Shown: positions 1 to 64,000 of the stretch, one piece after another | Layout of the letters: each line of letters starts with the position of its first letter | Numbering within the stretch: position 1 is the first letter of the stretch | Assembly: GCA_030390025.1 (NCBI GenBank) | Contig: JASTWF010000366.1 | Coordinates: 372,001 to 436,000 of the forward strand | Length of the DNA stretch: 64,000 nucleotides | Source: Squalus acanthias | Lineage: Eukaryota | Direction: 5' to 3' | Program-made: the position numbers and the translations under genes | Notes under the pieces: generated by a model | Databases searched by the model: none | What the model saw: the letters and a program-made list of their open reading frames with translations, nothing else | What the model was told of the DNA's origin: nothing

Positions 1-1282
1 AATGTTAGGTAGCGAGTTCCAGGATTTTGACCCAGCTACAATGAAGGCACGGCGATATATGTCCAAGTCAAGATGGTTTGTGACGTGGAGGGGAACTTGG
101 AGGTGATGGTGTTTCCATGCACCTGTTGTCCTTGACCTTTTAGGTAGTGGCAGTCGTGGGTATGGGAGGCACTGCTGAAGAAGCCTTGGCAATCTGCTGC
201 AGTGCATCCTGTAGACGGTACGCACTGCAGTCACGGTACGCCGGTGATGGAGAGAGTGAATGTTTAAGCTGGTTGATGGGATGCCAGTCAAGCGGACTGC
301 TTTATCCTGGATGGTGTCAAGCTTGTTGAGTGTTGTTGCAGCTGCACTCATTCAGGCAAGTGGAGAGTATTTCATTACACTCCTGACTTGTGCCTTGTAG
401 GTGGTGGAGAGGGTTTGGGGAGCCAGGAGGTGAGCCATTTGCCACAAAATACCCAACCTCTGGCCTGCTCTAGTAGCTGGTCCAGTTGAGCTTCAGGTCA
501 ATTGTGACACCCCAGGACGTTGATGGTGGGGGGATTCGGTAATGCCGTTGAATGTCAAGGGGTGGTGGTTAGGCTCTCTCTTGTTGGAGATGGTCATTGC
601 CTGGCACTTGTGTGGCACGAATGTTACTACCATTTATCAGCCCAAGCCTGGATGTTGTCCAGGTCTTGCTGCATGCGGGCATGGACTGCTTCATTATCTG
701 AGGAGTTGCAAATGGAACTGAAAACTGTGCAATCATCAGCAAACAATCCCACTTCTGACATTATGATGGAGGGAAGGTAATTGATGAAGCAGATGAAGAT
801 GTTTGGGCCTAGCACACGGCCTTGAGGAACTCCTGTAATGATGTCTGGGGCTGAGATGATTGGCCTCCAACAACCACAACCATCTTCCTTTGTGCTACGT
901 ATGCCGCCGCCCATTGGACAATTCCCCCCCCCCCCCCGATACCCATTGACTTCAGTTTTACTCGGACTCCTTGGTGCTATATTCGGCCAAATGCTGCCTT
1001 GATGTCAAGGGCAGTCACACTCACCTCACCTCTAGAATTCAGCTCTTGTGTCCATGTTTGAACCAAGGCTGCAATGAAGTCTGGAGCCGTGTGGTCCTGA
1101 CTGAACCCAAACTGAGCACCGGTGAGCAGGTTATCGGTGAGTAAATGCCGCTTGATAGCACCGATGATAACTCTATCCATCACTTTGATGATGATCAAGA
1201 ATAGGCTGATGGGGCATTTATTTGTCGGGTTCCATTTGTCCTGCTTTTTGTGGGCAGGACATATCTGGGTAATTTTCCACAT
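1..1282 (-). mobile_element. CR1-clade LINE ORF2 (reverse transcriptase) fragment, frameshifted
   Basis: Minus ORFs with GVPQGRVLGP, LFADD and ALDIKAAF RT motifs. Confidence 0.9.
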
Positions 1283-1520
1283 TGAGCAGAGACTGGAGAT
1301 ACTAGGATTATTTTCACTGACACAGAGAAAGCTAAGGAGAAATCTAATAAAGGGTTTTTTTTTAATTATGAAGAGATTTAATGGGGTGAAAGGGGAAAAA
1401 CTATTTCGTCTGGTCGGGGAGTTGGTGACGAGCAGTCATCAACTAAATATTATTAAGAATGTGAGGAGAGAGGTCAGGAGAAATTTCCCAACGCGGTGGG
1501 TTATTGGAGCAGTGAATGCA
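1283..1520 (+). mobile_element. CR1 LINE 3' ORF2 fragment
   Basis: LEILGLFSLTQRKLRRNLIK...RRNFPTRWV resembles the CR1 ORF2 C-terminus. Confidence 0.75.
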
Positions 1521-1761
1521 AGAGAAATGCATTCCAGTTCCAGCACCAATATCACTCACTGGGATGAGCACACAAATTGACCAAAAATAATAATATTTAA
1601 GACCTTTTAAAATAGAACAGTGCAAGAATTGAGATGGTGATAAATAATATATGACACAAGTTTATAACTCGGCCCTCATACCTTTGTACTTTTGAACTCT
1701 GAAAGCAGAGATATGTTAGACATGATTTTTTTTTAAGATGTGTATTAAATATTTGACACAG

Positions 1762-62685
<60,924 letters not shown>

Positions 62686-64000
62686 TGAGATAACCATGAC
62701 ATAATTTTATTAATCTTCTGTTTCCAAAAAATCCTGTTCAATAGCATGTCAACAGGTTGTCGTTTTAAAAAAAAATCTCGGCACTAAACATGTGGGGAAT
62801 CGAAAACAGGTGAAGTCTCCGGGTCAAACATGGTTAGAAGGTTGGGAGATAATTGGATTGGGGCATACAGGAGTGTGACAGTGGTGGCCAGAAGATGCTA
62901 GAGTGGAAAGGTCAGGCGGGGTGGGGAAAGCAGGAAGGTACAGCAGGATAGGCAAGAGGCTGAGGTAGAACAAGGTTAGAAGCAGGGGAGAGAACATGGA
63001 GAAGCGTTAGAAGCCAGAGAAGGGGAAGGTAAAATGGGTTAGTAGCTGGGAGGAGGAGGTAAAGGAAAGCTAGCGGACTGGGAGTTGGGAGAAGGCAGAG
63101 CATAGGAGAGGGGGTGTTGGAGAGAACTGAAGGCCACTGAGGATGACAGAGTGGGGTTGCAGCCCAGAGGAAGCAGCTGCACTGGTGGGACCCATGACAT
63201 CAGCATGGCAAGTACAGATAGAGGGGGTGGGGTGGGGTGGGGGGCGGGGATAGAGAGGGATGGCGAGGACAGGTGGAGGGGTTCCGGAAGAAGATAGGCC
63301 TGTGCAGGCAGCTCTTTTGAATTCTTTGGGAGCTCTAAATAAAACAGCTTAATATTATAGGCGAGGAATCAGTTAACTGAACAAACCACCGAGCGAAAGC
63401 AGCAGGGGCCAGAGCACAACAATGAAAAACCAGGAGGGAATTCCAAGTTTTCTTAAGAACAGGGCTTGGCATTTTGGTGGGAGCTCTGAGTTTTCCTGGT
63501 GGTGTGCCGGGGTGGTGGAGGTGGTAGACTGGTGGTTACAAAGTTCTGGGTCGACAACAAGCATGATGTGTGTGGAAAACGTCCCAGAGCAGACCACAGG
63601 GCATCAGAGACCAACATCTGGCCGGAGATTAATGGAGGCAGGGAAATCAACAGCCTGATAGCCAGACGTATTAATCCAGCAGGACTTTGCTGGGTTGGGA
63701 GGATCGGAAGGCTGTCGGGAGCAAGATATCTAAATTTAACGTGCAAAGTGGGGTCCTGCTATTTGTTTAGAATAGTAAAGAGGTGAGAGAAAGGCTTGGA
63801 AGAAAGCCACAAATCATAATTAAAGTTGATGAAATATTTAAAAAAAGTTTAAACAAATTTTGAAAAATGGCTTGCCTCAAAACAACATGGTGATCCAGTA
63901 CAAAGGGACATCCAGAATTTGCTTTACAATAACACCCAGTGGCCATTGCCTGTGAGCAGATTCAAAATTATTTTTTTAAACCAAATGTACTCACTATAAA

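Noticed and set aside
63222..63250. G-quadruplex-like G runs (also about 23783-23808)
   Set aside because: Simple G-rich low complexity with no other support for function.

Overview
Eukaryotic genomic DNA, most likely a cartilaginous fish (inferred from the repeat landscape, not proven). The whole window lies inside one + strand gene, DOCK7 (DOCK-C family Rac/Cdc42 GEF). I can read 25 GT-AG exons from 1762 to 62679 that join in one open frame of about 1139 codons, from just after the DHR-1/C2 domain into the DHR-2 catalytic domain; both gene ends are outside the window. The introns are full of CR1 and L2 LINE fragments, tRNA-derived SINEs (an old AmnSINE2-like family, DeuSINE-like and LF-SINE-like copies), PIF/Harbinger-derived elements, a Tigger-like MITE and Penelope-like fragments. 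Best leads: a candidate 18-nt microexon with an SRRM4-type signature (32162-32179); a 15-nt STGWE microexon paired with a tandem acceptor in DHR-2, plus a further candidate 30-nt exon; an intact minimal hammerhead ribozyme in the sense strand of the pre-mRNA (57346-57384); and a strong sense-orientation bias of about 17 copies of one old SINE family. Most ORF-track entries are chance ORFs or TE fragments. I see no clear evidence of a wholly new gene system. Repeat family names and human DOCK7 comparisons come from memory and need database confirmation.
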